Virus record (IMG/VR): IMGVR_UViG_3300045988_135453
Direction: 5' to 3' (one strand)
Length of the DNA stretch: 64,000 nt
DNA from: a virus
A program made the translations under genes and the position numbers. Below are positions 1 through 9,536 of this stretch, piece by piece. Below the pieces are notes generated by a model. It was not told where the DNA came from. It saw only the letters and a program-made list of their open reading frames with translations, and did no database searches. Each line of letters begins with the position of its first letter. The first letter of the stretch is position 1.

Positions 1-366
1 GGCACCATCAAAACAAGGAATGTCGCACTTTCCTGTACGAGTCTCGTCTGTACTATATTCCATTGTCAGACTCTTCTTGTCGTTAAACGTAAACGTGACA
101 ACACAATCGGACAAAGAAGACAGAAGCGAAACAATCTCCTTGTAAGGAATACACACAGGACCCTCATATTTACCTCCGACAAGAGTCAAGGGTGCAGGGA
201 GAGAAAGACGCGACTCGCCCGTTGACGACACGAAAAAGAAACGGTCGTCTTTCTGTGTTATCAGCACATTGCCAAGGATGGCTATCGTGTTTCTTGAACT
301 TATACATTTTATAGACTTGTTGAGCGCCGCATAAAGAGCACGTGAAGATTGAGCTTGAAGTTTCAT
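1..366 (-). CDS. sliding-clamp (DNA pol III beta-like) protein, first 122 codons only; gene runs off the window start
   Basis: Own translation from ATG 366..364, open to nt 1: MKLQAQSSRALYAALNKSIKCISSRNTIAILGNVLITQKDDRFFFVSSTGESRLSLPAPL...IPYKEIVSLLSSL. The layout resembles beta-clamp domain I. Absent from the ORF track because it is truncated. Confidence 0.45.
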   Translation of the reverse strand, partial: MKLQAQSSRALYAALNKSIKCISSRNTIAILGNVLITQKDDRFFFVSSTGESRLSLPAPLTLVGGKYEGPVCIPYKEIVSLLSSLSDCVVTFTFNDKKSLTMEYSTDETRTGKCDIPCFDGA

Positions 367-519
367 ATTTTTGAGTTTTGAATTATGAATTATGCGCGTC
401 GCACATTTTGAGTTGTCGAGTTTTGAATTTTGAGTTTGTTTATCATCTTAATTCAAAAATGAATAATTCAAAATGCGCTTGCGCATAATTCAAAACTCAA
501 AACTCAAAACTCCTAATTC
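367..519. repeat. AT-rich palindromic spacer built from TTGAGTTTTGAATT units around two short GC hairpins
   Basis: Left half carries ttgagttttgaatt copies flanking atgcgcgtcgcacat. Right half carries the complement aattcaaaactcaa flanking atgcgcttgcgcat. Confidence 0.7.
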
Positions 520-1125
520 TTAAAACGGCAGGTCGCCTACGTCGGCATCGGTAAAGCCAGCGAGCGGATCGGTGCCCTCGGCTGGTGCCACATATCCGGT
601 GGCTGCTCCTGCTACGCCTACATTCGGTGTGGCGTATGGTGAAGGCTGCTGTGTAGGCTGTGGCTGGTAGAGCATAGCCAGGCGCTTGTTCATGCGCTGA
701 CGGATAGCCTTGAAGAGGTGGGTGTTCTCATCGGTGGGGTCTTGGCCCATAATCTCGGGGTCGCGTTCTTTGTTGGCTTCCTTCACTTGCTCTACGAGCT
801 TCGGGAATTTCTGCGCTACCGACTTGATGTAGCCAACCGAGAAAGACATCTGCATCTCGTGCGTCGGTACGGAAACATTGGCATTGCCACGTTCCTGGGC
901 TGAACGACGCACTACATTCTTATAATTCTCACTCAGAGGCCAGATGTTAACACGCATCTTTGCCACCATACGGTTGGGGTCTTGCGGATGACGCTCCAAC
1001 TTGATTTCGTTTACATCCAAAGGAGTGCAAATGTACACTCTCTCGGGATTGTCATTGTCAATGCCCTTTAACACCTTTACACCGTTAGGTGCAAGATAGT
1101 CAATGTTGCCGCTGTAACTTGCCAT
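520..1125 (-). CDS. putative ssDNA-binding protein (non-canonical) with SSB-type acidic C-terminal tip
   Basis: 201-aa ORF with a Q/P/G-rich linker, ending ...TDADVGDLPF like the DDDIPF tip of bacterial SSB. It sits between the clamp-like and primase genes. Confidence 0.5.
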   Translation of the reverse strand: MASYSGNIDYLAPNGVKVLKGIDNDNPERVYICTPLDVNEIKLERHPQDPNRMVAKMRVNIWPLSENYKNVVRRSAQERGNANVSVPTHEMQMSFSVGYIKSVAQKFPKLVEQVKEANKERDPEIMGQDPTDENTHLFKAIRQRMNKRLAMLYQPQPTQQPSPYATPNVGVAGAATGYVAPAEGTDPLAGFTDADVGDLPF

Positions 1126-1178
1126 TTCGTTTATTGTTTTAATTATTTATGTTTATTACTAACCATCAAAGCATTGCT

Positions 1179-2021
1179 TTACTCTTCTACCGGAAGCTTT
1201 TTTCGCTCATCCTTGATATACTCATTGCAGTACTCAGCAGGGACATAAGTATGCGCATAGAACTGTGTGGCCCCTACAATGCGCAAGGTCTCCCGGTCGT
1301 TCAATACGGTTTTAAATTTGTGCTTGAGATAGCCAAAGACGATGTTTTTAGCTGTCACCACATCGTATGCCCACACAACAAACATTTCGTTTTTATGAAC
1401 TCCACAATGAGATCGGTCATTGGGGATATAGATTTCAGCATCTATAAAGTTAGCCTTCACCTTGAACGGCTCTTTTACAAGTGCATCGGGATCCTTTTTC
1501 AGCTGTTCTTCTTCCTCCTCAATGTCGGCACTTGTACGACCAATGAAATGGAACTTGCCGATGATTTCCGACTTGGTGATATACACATAGTTTGCTTCTT
1601 TAGAATTAAAGATCTTGTTTACCGCTCCCTCGGCATAGTCAATGGCGCAATCTTGTGCTCCACGCAGAGAGTCGCTACGCACGATAAGCACGGCATTCTC
1701 GTTGTTGCTGCTACGAACAGTAACTTTTACATGAACGAGACGAGAAAAATACTGTTCCTCTTCCGCACGGAAAGGACAGTCAGAGATTTCAACCTCATTA
1801 ACGCCTTGCTTTTTAAGTCCGTTAGCCAACTTGTCGGTGATAAGTTTTCCTCGCTCCAGCAACACCTCGCAACGGTCTATTTTTACCGTTTCTTTTGTGC
1901 TTTCATCGACGAACTCTTCGGTCCATGTGCGAGCGGCCATCTTTGTTAAATAATGGCCAACCGCTTCTTCAACAGGCACTACTCTTGTCTTGTAGTCCTT
2001 TCGTAAAATTATCTTTTCCAT
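1179..2021 (-). CDS. hypothetical protein (replication-module neighbour)
   Basis: 280-aa ORF, co-oriented and tightly packed. No motif recognised. Confidence 0.75.
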   Translation of the reverse strand: MEKIILRKDYKTRVVPVEEAVGHYLTKMAARTWTEEFVDESTKETVKIDRCEVLLERGKLITDKLANGLKKQGVNEVEISDCPFRAEEEQYFSRLVHVKVTVRSSNNENAVLIVRSDSLRGAQDCAIDYAEGAVNKIFNSKEANYVYITKSEIIGKFHFIGRTSADIEEEEEQLKKDPDALVKEPFKVKANFIDAEIYIPNDRSHCGVHKNEMFVVWAYDVVTAKNIVFGYLKHKFKTVLNDRETLRIVGATQFYAHTYVPAEYCNEYIKDERKKLPVEE

Positions 2022-2063
2022 AATCTATAATGAATTAAAATGTTACATTCTTGTTTTTGATTC

Positions 2064-5000
2064 TCAGAACGGCATATTCTCCTCATCCTTTATATCTGGA
2101 ACACTTGCCGCTGTGCTATTTGTTGCCACAAATGGAGCCATTCGCCTACCCTGTTTGCGCGTCTTGTTGTTCTCCCAGCGCTCCTTTTCTTCATCGGTGA
2201 GCTGTATGATATTACCGTCATCATCGCGGTATGGCAGCGGGTCGGGCTGCTCGGCATATTGCTTAGCTATACGCTTGAGCTCTCGGTAGTCCTTCGGTAT
2301 TACGTCCTTGCCAGGACGGTAGAAGAAGAAAACGTGCTTCGACGTTTGCAAGTAGCGGATGAACTTTGGCTCGATGGTATTGTCGTTTTCCCACTCGCGT
2401 CCGGTGAAGTATTCCTGCGTAACCCATGCCTGTAGCTTGAAACATTTGCGCTGTTTGTCGCTCTCGTTCTCGAAGAGGTGCTTCGGGTTGCACGTTATCG
2501 ACATATTCTCGCAATAGTCGTATATCTTCTTCTTGAAGGTAGCACGGCTATACTCTTTACTCTTACCCTCGGAAGCATCTGCCCAATCACGCATAAACTC
2601 GTTGAACATATCGTCCGTACATATCGGCACTCCGTAGACCTCGTTACGAGAGAAGAACCACTCGAAATAGCGCACGATGCTCTCGGTGAGCTTCTGCACC
2701 ATCTGGCGGCGACGCACATTGCCTTGCGGTGCAATGGCAAAGGTATGGTAACGCATCAGGAACTGCACTGCAAGGGCGCAAATGTAAATGGCTTGGTTAC
2801 GGTCAGTGTCGTCAATTTCCTCCGGCTTATCACTGAAGTTCTTCATCAATGCCGACATCAGACGTGCTGCCTTACGCTTCTGCGGATTGGCTCGGGCAAA
2901 ACGATTCGAGAAGCTGACGAGAGGGAAACGTCCTACGGTCGAATCATCATCATCGGACAGCGGATAGTTGCAGGTGATGACGTGTTTAGGGGCATCTTTT
3001 AGTGGGACAAGTTCCTGGTCTACGCTCTTCTTTTCTACCGTCAGTCCTGTAGTAACCATATTATAAAAATACTTCATTGGGAATCCTTTTTGCTTATCCT
3101 CCCAGTGTAGAACCCTATACTTGAACGGCTCGCTGAGTAGATTGCCCAGCACAAACCTTGCATCGTTAATATGCTCCATACGCTTCATGTCAATGTCGAG
3201 CACGTTCACAGCACTGCCAACTACCAGTTTCACGATGATAGACTTGCCCGAACCACCAGTAGCCTGTTTCTCGTCGGGAATGTCATCTTCAAGGAAATAC
3301 GGACAGACTGGCATCATACCCTTGTCGGAACGATAACACAAACGTCCAATGCCTGAAATCATATTGACGAAATGAGCACCGATAACGGCTTTTTCCAATT
3401 CCGTCAATTCTTCTTTGTTGCGCTGCGCTTCCTGCTCTCGTTCCCAAAGAACATTGGAGCATCCTCGCACGATACGCAAAATGGGCCAAAGATCTTTTTC
3501 TTGCTTCCCCTGCCAATTGACATCCCAACGGTAGGTTTGCGCCCATTCTTCAAGGTCGGCTTTCATCTGCCCTATCTCGAATGTAGAGAACACCAAAGAC
3601 CCGTCCTCATTTTGCATCTTCTCCTTCTTGTCTATCGCTTCCAGTCGATCGCGGTATTCCTGTCGCTCAGTTATGGTGAAAGGTGTCTTAAACGCTCGCA
3701 TCGTGAAGTCAAACGGCTTCTTGGCAAGCGAGGGGATGAAGAAGTTGATGTCGTCATAAGACACCGTGCGGATGCTGTCGGGCGTTATCTTCAATGCAAC
3801 ATTATTGAAGTAGAAATACTCAGTCTTTGCATCAAACGCATCGGCAAAATTTATCACCATGCTCTGTAAACCTCCGGCAGACTTTTCCGTAAAGGCCTTG
3901 TCCACCATATTAGCACAGTCGGACATCAAGCGTCTCTCTGGGTCGCTATATCGCCATGCCTGTTTTGTATATTTCAACAGTAATGTCTTTGCTGCCTGGA
4001 TAATGCTCTTTACGTCAATATACTCCACGAAGCATTTGTTCAGGTGGATATATTGACCAACAAGGTCGGTGCTCTCGGGGTCTATCATGCGGTAATATCC
4101 GCGTGCCGTCATAAAGAGCCACAATCGCGTAGGCGACACCTTGCAGGTAGGTGGCTTTAGCTTGCCGCTTCTGGGATCACGCGGCCATTCTATATCAAAC
4201 GGCTCTGTGTTGCTCGCTCCACGCAAACTGGAGTAAAGCGGTAGACGGACATCATGGTCGAACTGGAAGTTCTCTTCTGCGTTCATGGTGTACGCCAGCA
4301 GATAGTCGCGCACGCTTCGGGGAGAGCAGCCATATAGCCACTGCCAGCGTCGGCAATAACGTGACCGGAACCCTTCAGGTAACATGGCATAGTACAATGA
4401 GCTGAACTTGGTGCATATAGCTCCGCAGTCGCGCTGTGAGACAATATCGTTGGGGTATAGGATGATGACGTGCTCGGCAAAGCGGTTCATTTTCTGAAAT
4501 TGAACACCGCTAAAGTCAAGATTCTCACGTTTCCACTCGCCATGCTCTATATACCAAAAGTTTCTCCGTCCAATGGAGAAAGCGACATGATACCAACAGA
4601 AATCTTGGAAATGCTGGTCTTCTATCTTGTCAAGGCGCAAGGAACGCATTGCATAATACACGCTCAATGCGTCTTCGGGTGTGCGGCAAAAAACGATGTT
4701 GCGAGCCTTTATCTCGGCAGTGGGTATCTTCTTCTTTTCTTGCTTGAACGTACCCTTGCCCACACCATCCTTGTCTTCACGTTCCACCCATATTTCCTTC
4801 TGCTCGGTGTATTTCTCTTCAGGGTCGTACTTAGCGATGGCAGCATGTACGGCTGTGTTGTCGCTCTTGCGCTGATCCATTGCATATACGAACACGTTGT
4901 CACCCATGAGCCACTTGCTCACCTTCCTCACGCTGTGCTCCTCGGCGGTAGAGAACACTATCGGCTCGCTCCCAGCCATTGCCGGACGGAAGAAACATCC

Positions 5001-5792
5001 GTATGAGTTTTGCGGACCTATCTCCTGCGAGGCAAAGCACACGAAAAGCGGATTCCAGGGTGTGCCGTGGATAATCTCGCTAACATGCTGACCGTCGCGT
5101 ATCACATCAGGCAGCGTCACGCTCAGAAGGGAATAGATACGGAAGTCCTTGTTAAGCATGTCGGGCGTAAACGTACTGCCAAAGCCGAAACGAGGCAGCC
5201 CCCTGTCAAGCGTCACCTCACAGCCTAGGGCTGCAAGCTCTTGTGGAGAGAAGTCGGTCTTCGGCATAAATGAGAATGTCTCGATGGTCTGCTGTGCCTG
5301 AGTACGATAGTCCATCTTGGCAAACACCTCTGGGAAGGCACGGCGCACTTCGTCGGTATCGCCATACACATCCTTTACGAGTCTTTGGCAGATACACTGA
5401 AGACTATATCCGTGCATCGGAAGATTCATCTTGGCTGCGTACAGCTCGAGGGCTCCGTAGCCGGTCTTGCCCGTGCGGGTGCATTTCCACTTTACGGCAT
5501 CATGCTCTGCCATTCGGTTGTCATCAACGCCCACGCCCGAATACAGTCCACCTCGCTCATTTTCATAGATAATGAAGTGGGGTGTCTGCTTGACATCGGC
5601 ATCCGCGTCCTGTCCCTTCTTGCAGATAGGACAGAAACACGCGGTCTGACCCTCGATGCGCTGCTCGTTGGCAGACTTCACGAGAAGATGCAGGTCGATG
5701 TTAGCGAGACGATTTATTATCGGGTGATAGAACATGATTGCAGTCGTTGTTTTAAAAGGATAGCCGGTGATTTGCCAAACGTTTTTCGACAT
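2064..5792 (-). CDS. DNA primase-helicase
   Basis: 1242 aa. N-terminal CHC2-like zinc finger (CFCPICKK...TPHFIIY...WKCTRTGKTGYG). Walker A ATGGSGKS in the C-terminal third (SF3/D5-like). Acidic end ...IKDEENMPF. Confidence 0.8.
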   Translation of the reverse strand: MSKNVWQITGYPFKTTTAIMFYHPIINRLANIDLHLLVKSANEQRIEGQTACFCPICKKGQDADADVKQTPHFIIYENERGGLYSGVGVDDNRMAEHDAVKWKCTRTGKTGYGALELYAAKMNLPMHGYSLQCICQRLVKDVYGDTDEVRRAFPEVFAKMDYRTQAQQTIETFSFMPKTDFSPQELAALGCEVTLDRGLPRFGFGSTFTPDMLNKDFRIYSLLSVTLPDVIRDGQHVSEIIHGTPWNPLFVCFASQEIGPQNSYGCFFRPAMAGSEPIVFSTAEEHSVRKVSKWLMGDNVFVYAMDQRKSDNTAVHAAIAKYDPEEKYTEQKEIWVEREDKDGVGKGTFKQEKKKIPTAEIKARNIVFCRTPEDALSVYYAMRSLRLDKIEDQHFQDFCWYHVAFSIGRRNFWYIEHGEWKRENLDFSGVQFQKMNRFAEHVIILYPNDIVSQRDCGAICTKFSSLYYAMLPEGFRSRYCRRWQWLYGCSPRSVRDYLLAYTMNAEENFQFDHDVRLPLYSSLRGASNTEPFDIEWPRDPRSGKLKPPTCKVSPTRLWLFMTARGYYRMIDPESTDLVGQYIHLNKCFVEYIDVKSIIQAAKTLLLKYTKQAWRYSDPERRLMSDCANMVDKAFTEKSAGGLQSMVINFADAFDAKTEYFYFNNVALKITPDSIRTVSYDDINFFIPSLAKKPFDFTMRAFKTPFTITERQEYRDRLEAIDKKEKMQNEDGSLVFSTFEIGQMKADLEEWAQTYRWDVNWQGKQEKDLWPILRIVRGCSNVLWEREQEAQRNKEELTELEKAVIGAHFVNMISGIGRLCYRSDKGMMPVCPYFLEDDIPDEKQATGGSGKSIIVKLVVGSAVNVLDIDMKRMEHINDARFVLGNLLSEPFKYRVLHWEDKQKGFPMKYFYNMVTTGLTVEKKSVDQELVPLKDAPKHVITCNYPLSDDDDSTVGRFPLVSFSNRFARANPQKRKAARLMSALMKNFSDKPEEIDDTDRNQAIYICALAVQFLMRYHTFAIAPQGNVRRRQMVQKLTESIVRYFEWFFSRNEVYGVPICTDDMFNEFMRDWADASEGKSKEYSRATFKKKIYDYCENMSITCNPKHLFENESDKQRKCFKLQAWVTQEYFTGREWENDNTIEPKFIRYLQTSKHVFFFYRPGKDVIPKDYRELKRIAKQYAEQPDPLPYRDDDGNIIQLTDEEKERWENNKTRKQGRRMAPFVATNSTAASVPDIKDEENMPF

Positions 5793-6051
5793 CGCAGGTG
5801 TTCTCAGGCTTTTACATCCACACCTTGCAGCCTACTTATAGGAGGACGTTGCCGCTACCTCTGTCACCATACTACCCTTTATATTTTACATTTGTTTACA
5901 ACTGTCTTTGCAACAATTGTCGTTGAAATCTTTAGAGAAAGGACAGCCGACGAGCATCGCTCTAAGAAGGGCGACGGGTCCCCTACGATTTTTAATCAGC
6001 TACCTTCACGTCGTACTGTCCTTTATGTCGTTACATTTTCGAGACCTTCTT

Positions 6052-6447
6052 TTAGAGGTTCAAGAACGTCTCTGTCCTGTAATGTCGGATCTTGCAATAG
6101 CAAAGACGCTGCATGCAGGAAACCAACATCCTGACAAACTCCTCAAGAGCTAAAAAGAGTTCGTTCAGACCTACTATAGTCACGGCTATACGCCAATAAC
6201 ATTTTCCGTTTCTGAATCTACATGAGTGCTCTCTGTCTATGTAGAGATTCCTTACGTTACCAGGCATCCTTTTGTATATCATCTGGCAAGCGTCCCTTAC
6301 AAGAAGAAAAGGAGCACCGTAGAACAGAAGAGTTGGTACATCAAAATTATCGCCCCGCATCAGCATGGTGTAGGCGATACGGTGCTTCTCCATACGCTTC
6401 TTCGGCACGAACGGCATCTTTATGTATGTGTCTTGAAGAGTGGGCAT
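6052..6447 (-). CDS. hypothetical protein
   Basis: 131-aa ORF whose ATG lies 1 nt after the stop of the exonuclease gene. Confidence 0.5.
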   Translation of the reverse strand: MPTLQDTYIKMPFVPKKRMEKHRIAYTMLMRGDNFDVPTLLFYGAPFLLVRDACQMIYKRMPGNVRNLYIDREHSCRFRNGKCYWRIAVTIVGLNELFLALEEFVRMLVSCMQRLCYCKIRHYRTETFLNL

Positions 6448-6448
6448 T

Positions 6449-7198
6449 TTACTTTTGTACTTTATTTCTTATATCTTCGATTATTTTTTTAGCCGCGTCC
6501 GGGTCGGACGTATCTAAAAGTCTTTTTACCATACCCGACAGCTGCCAGGTTGTATAGATGCTGCGCTTGCAATCGTACACAGGACTATGAACAACACCGT
6601 TCTTCTCTTTGTAATCGCTCACCAAAGCATAAGGTGAACGTTTCTGTAGAAACATATAATCAGAGATGACGGTCTTCTGTTCAAGGACTTTGTAGATAAG
6701 GTCGCCAACTTCATATATATACGTCCTGTGATCACGGAAATGTGTATGTTGCACAGGTAAGGCGTAAACAAGACGCGAACAGAGGTTGCGAAGAATGGCA
6801 ATATCAAAATCCGTTCCCTGTGCCCACAAATGAACCTCCTTTTCCCCTAACACTTCCTTGACTGAATTGATCCAGTCAAAAAAACCTAAGATAACCATCT
6901 GAATGGGATAACAAGGCATGTCATCATTGTCGGATGCGGTCAGCTCGTTTTTTGCTTCCTGCGATTGTGAGGCCCACCAGTCAGATGTTTTCTTCTCGAA
7001 CGTAAAGCCGCCGAGCACCCAAAGGCTTCGAAGATCCACATGATAATAGTAACTGAAAAAAGGATCTTCTTTCTTCTCGTCGTTTAGAAGAAACGGAGTA
7101 TCCTCGGCATCTTTCTTCCAGGCCACAGCCCCAAGCGAGATCACGGCCGCCGTGGGGGCAAGGCCAGTGGTTTCTAAATCGACAGAAACATCAATCAT
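6449..7198 (-). CDS. DEDDh-type 3'-5' exonuclease
   Basis: Exo I motif VDLETTG at the N-terminus and an H-x4-D motif (HSPVYD) near the C-terminus. Confidence 0.75.
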   Translation of the reverse strand: MIDVSVDLETTGLAPTAAVISLGAVAWKKDAEDTPFLLNDEKKEDPFFSYYYHVDLRSLWVLGGFTFEKKTSDWWASQSQEAKNELTASDNDDMPCYPIQMVILGFFDWINSVKEVLGEKEVHLWAQGTDFDIAILRNLCSRLVYALPVQHTHFRDHRTYIYEVGDLIYKVLEQKTVISDYMFLQKRSPYALVSDYKEKNGVVHSPVYDCKRSIYTTWQLSGMVKRLLDTSDPDAAKKIIEDIRNKVQK

Positions 7199-7215
7199 AT
7201 ATTTTACGGTTTACT

Positions 7216-7722
7216 TTAATCTATATTGTTTTGGTGTAGCGAGGTTTGTTCTGAAAAGACTTTTAGCAAAGGTAAAATGCCGATGCCTTCCCAGTCTTTC
7301 CATTTGTCAGACGTAAAACGGGTGCATGTCGTCCGCTCGCTCATTCCGTTCTCTTTCATGAAAGAAGCGAATTTCTTGCAAAGGCCTTGACCCTGCTCCT
7401 TGAGCTTTGCATAAAAACGCCCGTTATCTTCGTCCGCCAGCGAAAGAGGGAAATCCTCGGGGGCGTTCTGCTCAGGATAATAAAAATCTTCAATTTTCCG
7501 CTTCACCTCTGGCGACGCTAAAAATTGCCTTTTACATTCCTTAACACCTATCAATTCCCAAGCTGAAAAACCTTTTTGAAAGAACCTCTTATAAAAGGTC
7601 GCAATTGAAAAGCCCTTGGGCATCAAAAAAAGCAACAGTGCTTTTTTCTCTTCTGCTGACACGTCTTTTATGTCAATAGGTGTCCGAGGACCCGTTATTT
7701 TTCTAAAAATTTCCTTGGTCAT
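7216..7722 (-). CDS. hypothetical protein
   Basis: 168-aa ORF, first gene of the minus-strand replication operon, divergent from the HTH gene. Confidence 0.7.
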   Translation of the reverse strand: MTKEIFRKITGPRTPIDIKDVSAEEKKALLLFLMPKGFSIATFYKRFFQKGFSAWELIGVKECKRQFLASPEVKRKIEDFYYPEQNAPEDFPLSLADEDNGRFYAKLKEQGQGLCKKFASFMKENGMSERTTCTRFTSDKWKDWEGIGILPLLKVFSEQTSLHQNNID

Positions 7723-7850
7723 TCGATTTTTAATTCTTAAATTTGATGCAAAGATATATTTTTAATATCGTTGTTGCAAATTTTAAAATCGTTTTAACAA
7801 TTTCTTTAACTTATATTTACACTATAATCAATTTTTATAATATTTACGTT

Positions 7851-8555
7851 ATGAAATATCAGTACAATTTTGGGTTTTTGAAACAGTGGTTGGCTGCTAA
7901 CCCGCAGCTTCAAGTCAAGACTATACAGGCCGCGCTGGGTTCAAAATCAAGCAACAGTTGGAAAGGCTGGCTTAACGGCGAGGGAACTTTACCTATAATC
8001 AGTCTTCTTCGCCTGTGCAATGCGTTTCAAATTCCACTGTCTGCCTTCTTCCGCGATGCCGACTCCAATGGCGAGGCTGCCGTTGTGCCCGGCACACCGA
8101 CAATTGATGATGAACTTGAACCAAAGGGCGGCTTTGACCGTGCGCCATCTGAGCGTCTGCCGGGTGAAAAGAGTTACCTTGACCCGCTTGATGTCGAGGT
8201 CTGTGCCACCACTATTCCAGGGAGAACGGTTAGACAAGACAAAAAAGAAAATGCAGTCGAAGACGAGCAGGAGGCATCTGATAACAAAGATGTAGCAGAC
8301 ACGAAAAATGATGATGCCGCGTTGCCTGCAAATCTGGGCAACATGAACAGCGAGAACCTTAAAAGTCTGATTAAACTACAGATGCAGCATGCCGCAATAG
8401 AGTCGCGCTATCTTGACAACCAAAATCGGCTCCTCGACATCATAGCCGCACAGCAGAACCAGATCGCTAATCTCACTCGACAATTAAACAATTACGAGTT
8501 GTTGAAAGCAAGAGAATATGGCAGCGACATGGTATCAGACGAACTGAACAAATAA
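7851..8555 (+). CDS. HTH (XRE/CI-like) transcriptional regulator with C-terminal coiled coil
   Basis: Start taken at MKYQYNFGFLKQW... (ATG 7851) inside the 7743..8555 ORF. HTH-like segment TIQAALGSKSSNSWKGWLNGEG. One of very few plus-strand genes. Followed by a hairpin. Confidence 0.7.
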   Translation: MKYQYNFGFLKQWLAANPQLQVKTIQAALGSKSSNSWKGWLNGEGTLPIISLLRLCNAFQIPLSAFFRDADSNGEAAVVPGTPTIDDELEPKGGFDRAPSERLPGEKSYLDPLDVEVCATTIPGRTVRQDKKENAVEDEQEASDNKDVADTKNDDAALPANLGNMNSENLKSLIKLQMQHAAIESRYLDNQNRLLDIIAAQQNQIANLTRQLNNYELLKAREYGSDMVSDELNK

Positions 8556-8562
8556 TCAAAAA

Positions 8563-8597
8563 AGCAGCCACCTGTTCATCACGAATAAGTGGCTGCT
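8563..8597. terminator. hairpin between convergent genes
   Basis: agcagccac (8563..8571) pairs with gtggctgct (8589..8597). A-run before and TTT after. Confidence 0.6.
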
Positions 8598-8663
8598 TTC
8601 GTATAACAAAGGGAACATGTGCTATACTTTAGTGTAACTTAACTTCATACGAAAAACAAAAAA

Positions 8664-9194
8664 TCATATTACATTACGTTCGTTGATGGCTGCCATCTTG
8701 CGACGATAAAACTCTTTCTCTTCTATCTTCGTTAGCGTCATGTCGGCACTTACATACGGCACGTCGGCATACCAGTAGCCTTGATACAGAAACACGATAG
8801 GCGTGCTGTTGCCGAAGGTCATAGGCAATGGCAGGTTGTCTTTCGTGCGATTCGGTTGAAGGTTGAGTATGCCGAACAGCTCTGCCTCACTCACGACTGG
8901 CAGATTATTCATTTCTTTTTCTAAGTCGGTGCCTTCGATGGGGAAGAAGAACACTCGTCCTTCAGGCGACACCGCCCTGTCCCATCCGTCACGTTCGGTA
9001 GTGTCGGCAAACTCCACGGCTCCCACTCCACCTGCCATGCCTACGGGCGACTCGTAATAGTGCTCTGCTCCATGTTTCTTGGCCCAATCGAGAGCCTTCT
9101 GTTCGGCTTCTTGACAACGGTGCATGAATTTTTGCAACTCTTCGCCAACATCTGATATAGCCAAAATTTTGTAATAATAATGCAATTTCTTCAT
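8664..9194 (-). CDS. hypothetical protein
   Basis: 176-aa ORF from the ORF track. Confidence 0.7.
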   Translation of the reverse strand: MKKLHYYYKILAISDVGEELQKFMHRCQEAEQKALDWAKKHGAEHYYESPVGMAGGVGAVEFADTTERDGWDRAVSPEGRVFFFPIEGTDLEKEMNNLPVVSEAELFGILNLQPNRTKDNLPLPMTFGNSTPIVFLYQGYWYADVPYVSADMTLTKIEEKEFYRRKMAAINERNVI

Positions 9195-9237
9195 TTCTAT
9201 ATTTTTAATTAGTAATTATTAATTAGTAATTCAAACA

Positions 9238-9531
9238 TCATCGTAGCGCAGCGTAGATGACCGGTTCTCCGCATTCATCGTCCTTCATCTTGAAGCCCTT
9301 CGCAGCCAACTCCTGAAGATACAAAGCCAAAGGATCGCCCAGCGGACAAACTACGGCCTTAAAATACGAGCGAAGCTGATAGTCGGTAAACACGTCGCAG
9401 TCCTCACGCCAATGGTCCAACGGCTTGTATTTTTCACAGAAGGCTTCTATCTTGGCAGGAATAACAAAGTCTTGCAAGGTAACTTCCGGCTGCTCGGTGT
9501 TTTCTATTATGTCTTGTTTCTTTCTACTCAT
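9238..9531 (-). CDS. hypothetical protein
   Basis: 97-aa ORF from the ORF track. Confidence 0.65.
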   Translation of the reverse strand: MSRKKQDIIENTEQPEVTLQDFVIPAKIEAFCEKYKPLDHWREDCDVFTDYQLRSYFKAVVCPLGDPLALYLQELAAKGFKMKDDECGEPVIYAALR

Positions 9532-9536
9532 GCCTT

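Noticed and set aside
1149-1949. 266-aa plus-strand ORF opposite the 1179..2021 gene; similar cases at 5385..6134, 2478..3002 and 4470..5006
   Set aside because: They are antisense to co-oriented, tightly packed minus-strand genes. Their hydrophobic, Cys/Phe-rich composition is typical of reverse-frame translation of AT-rich coding DNA.
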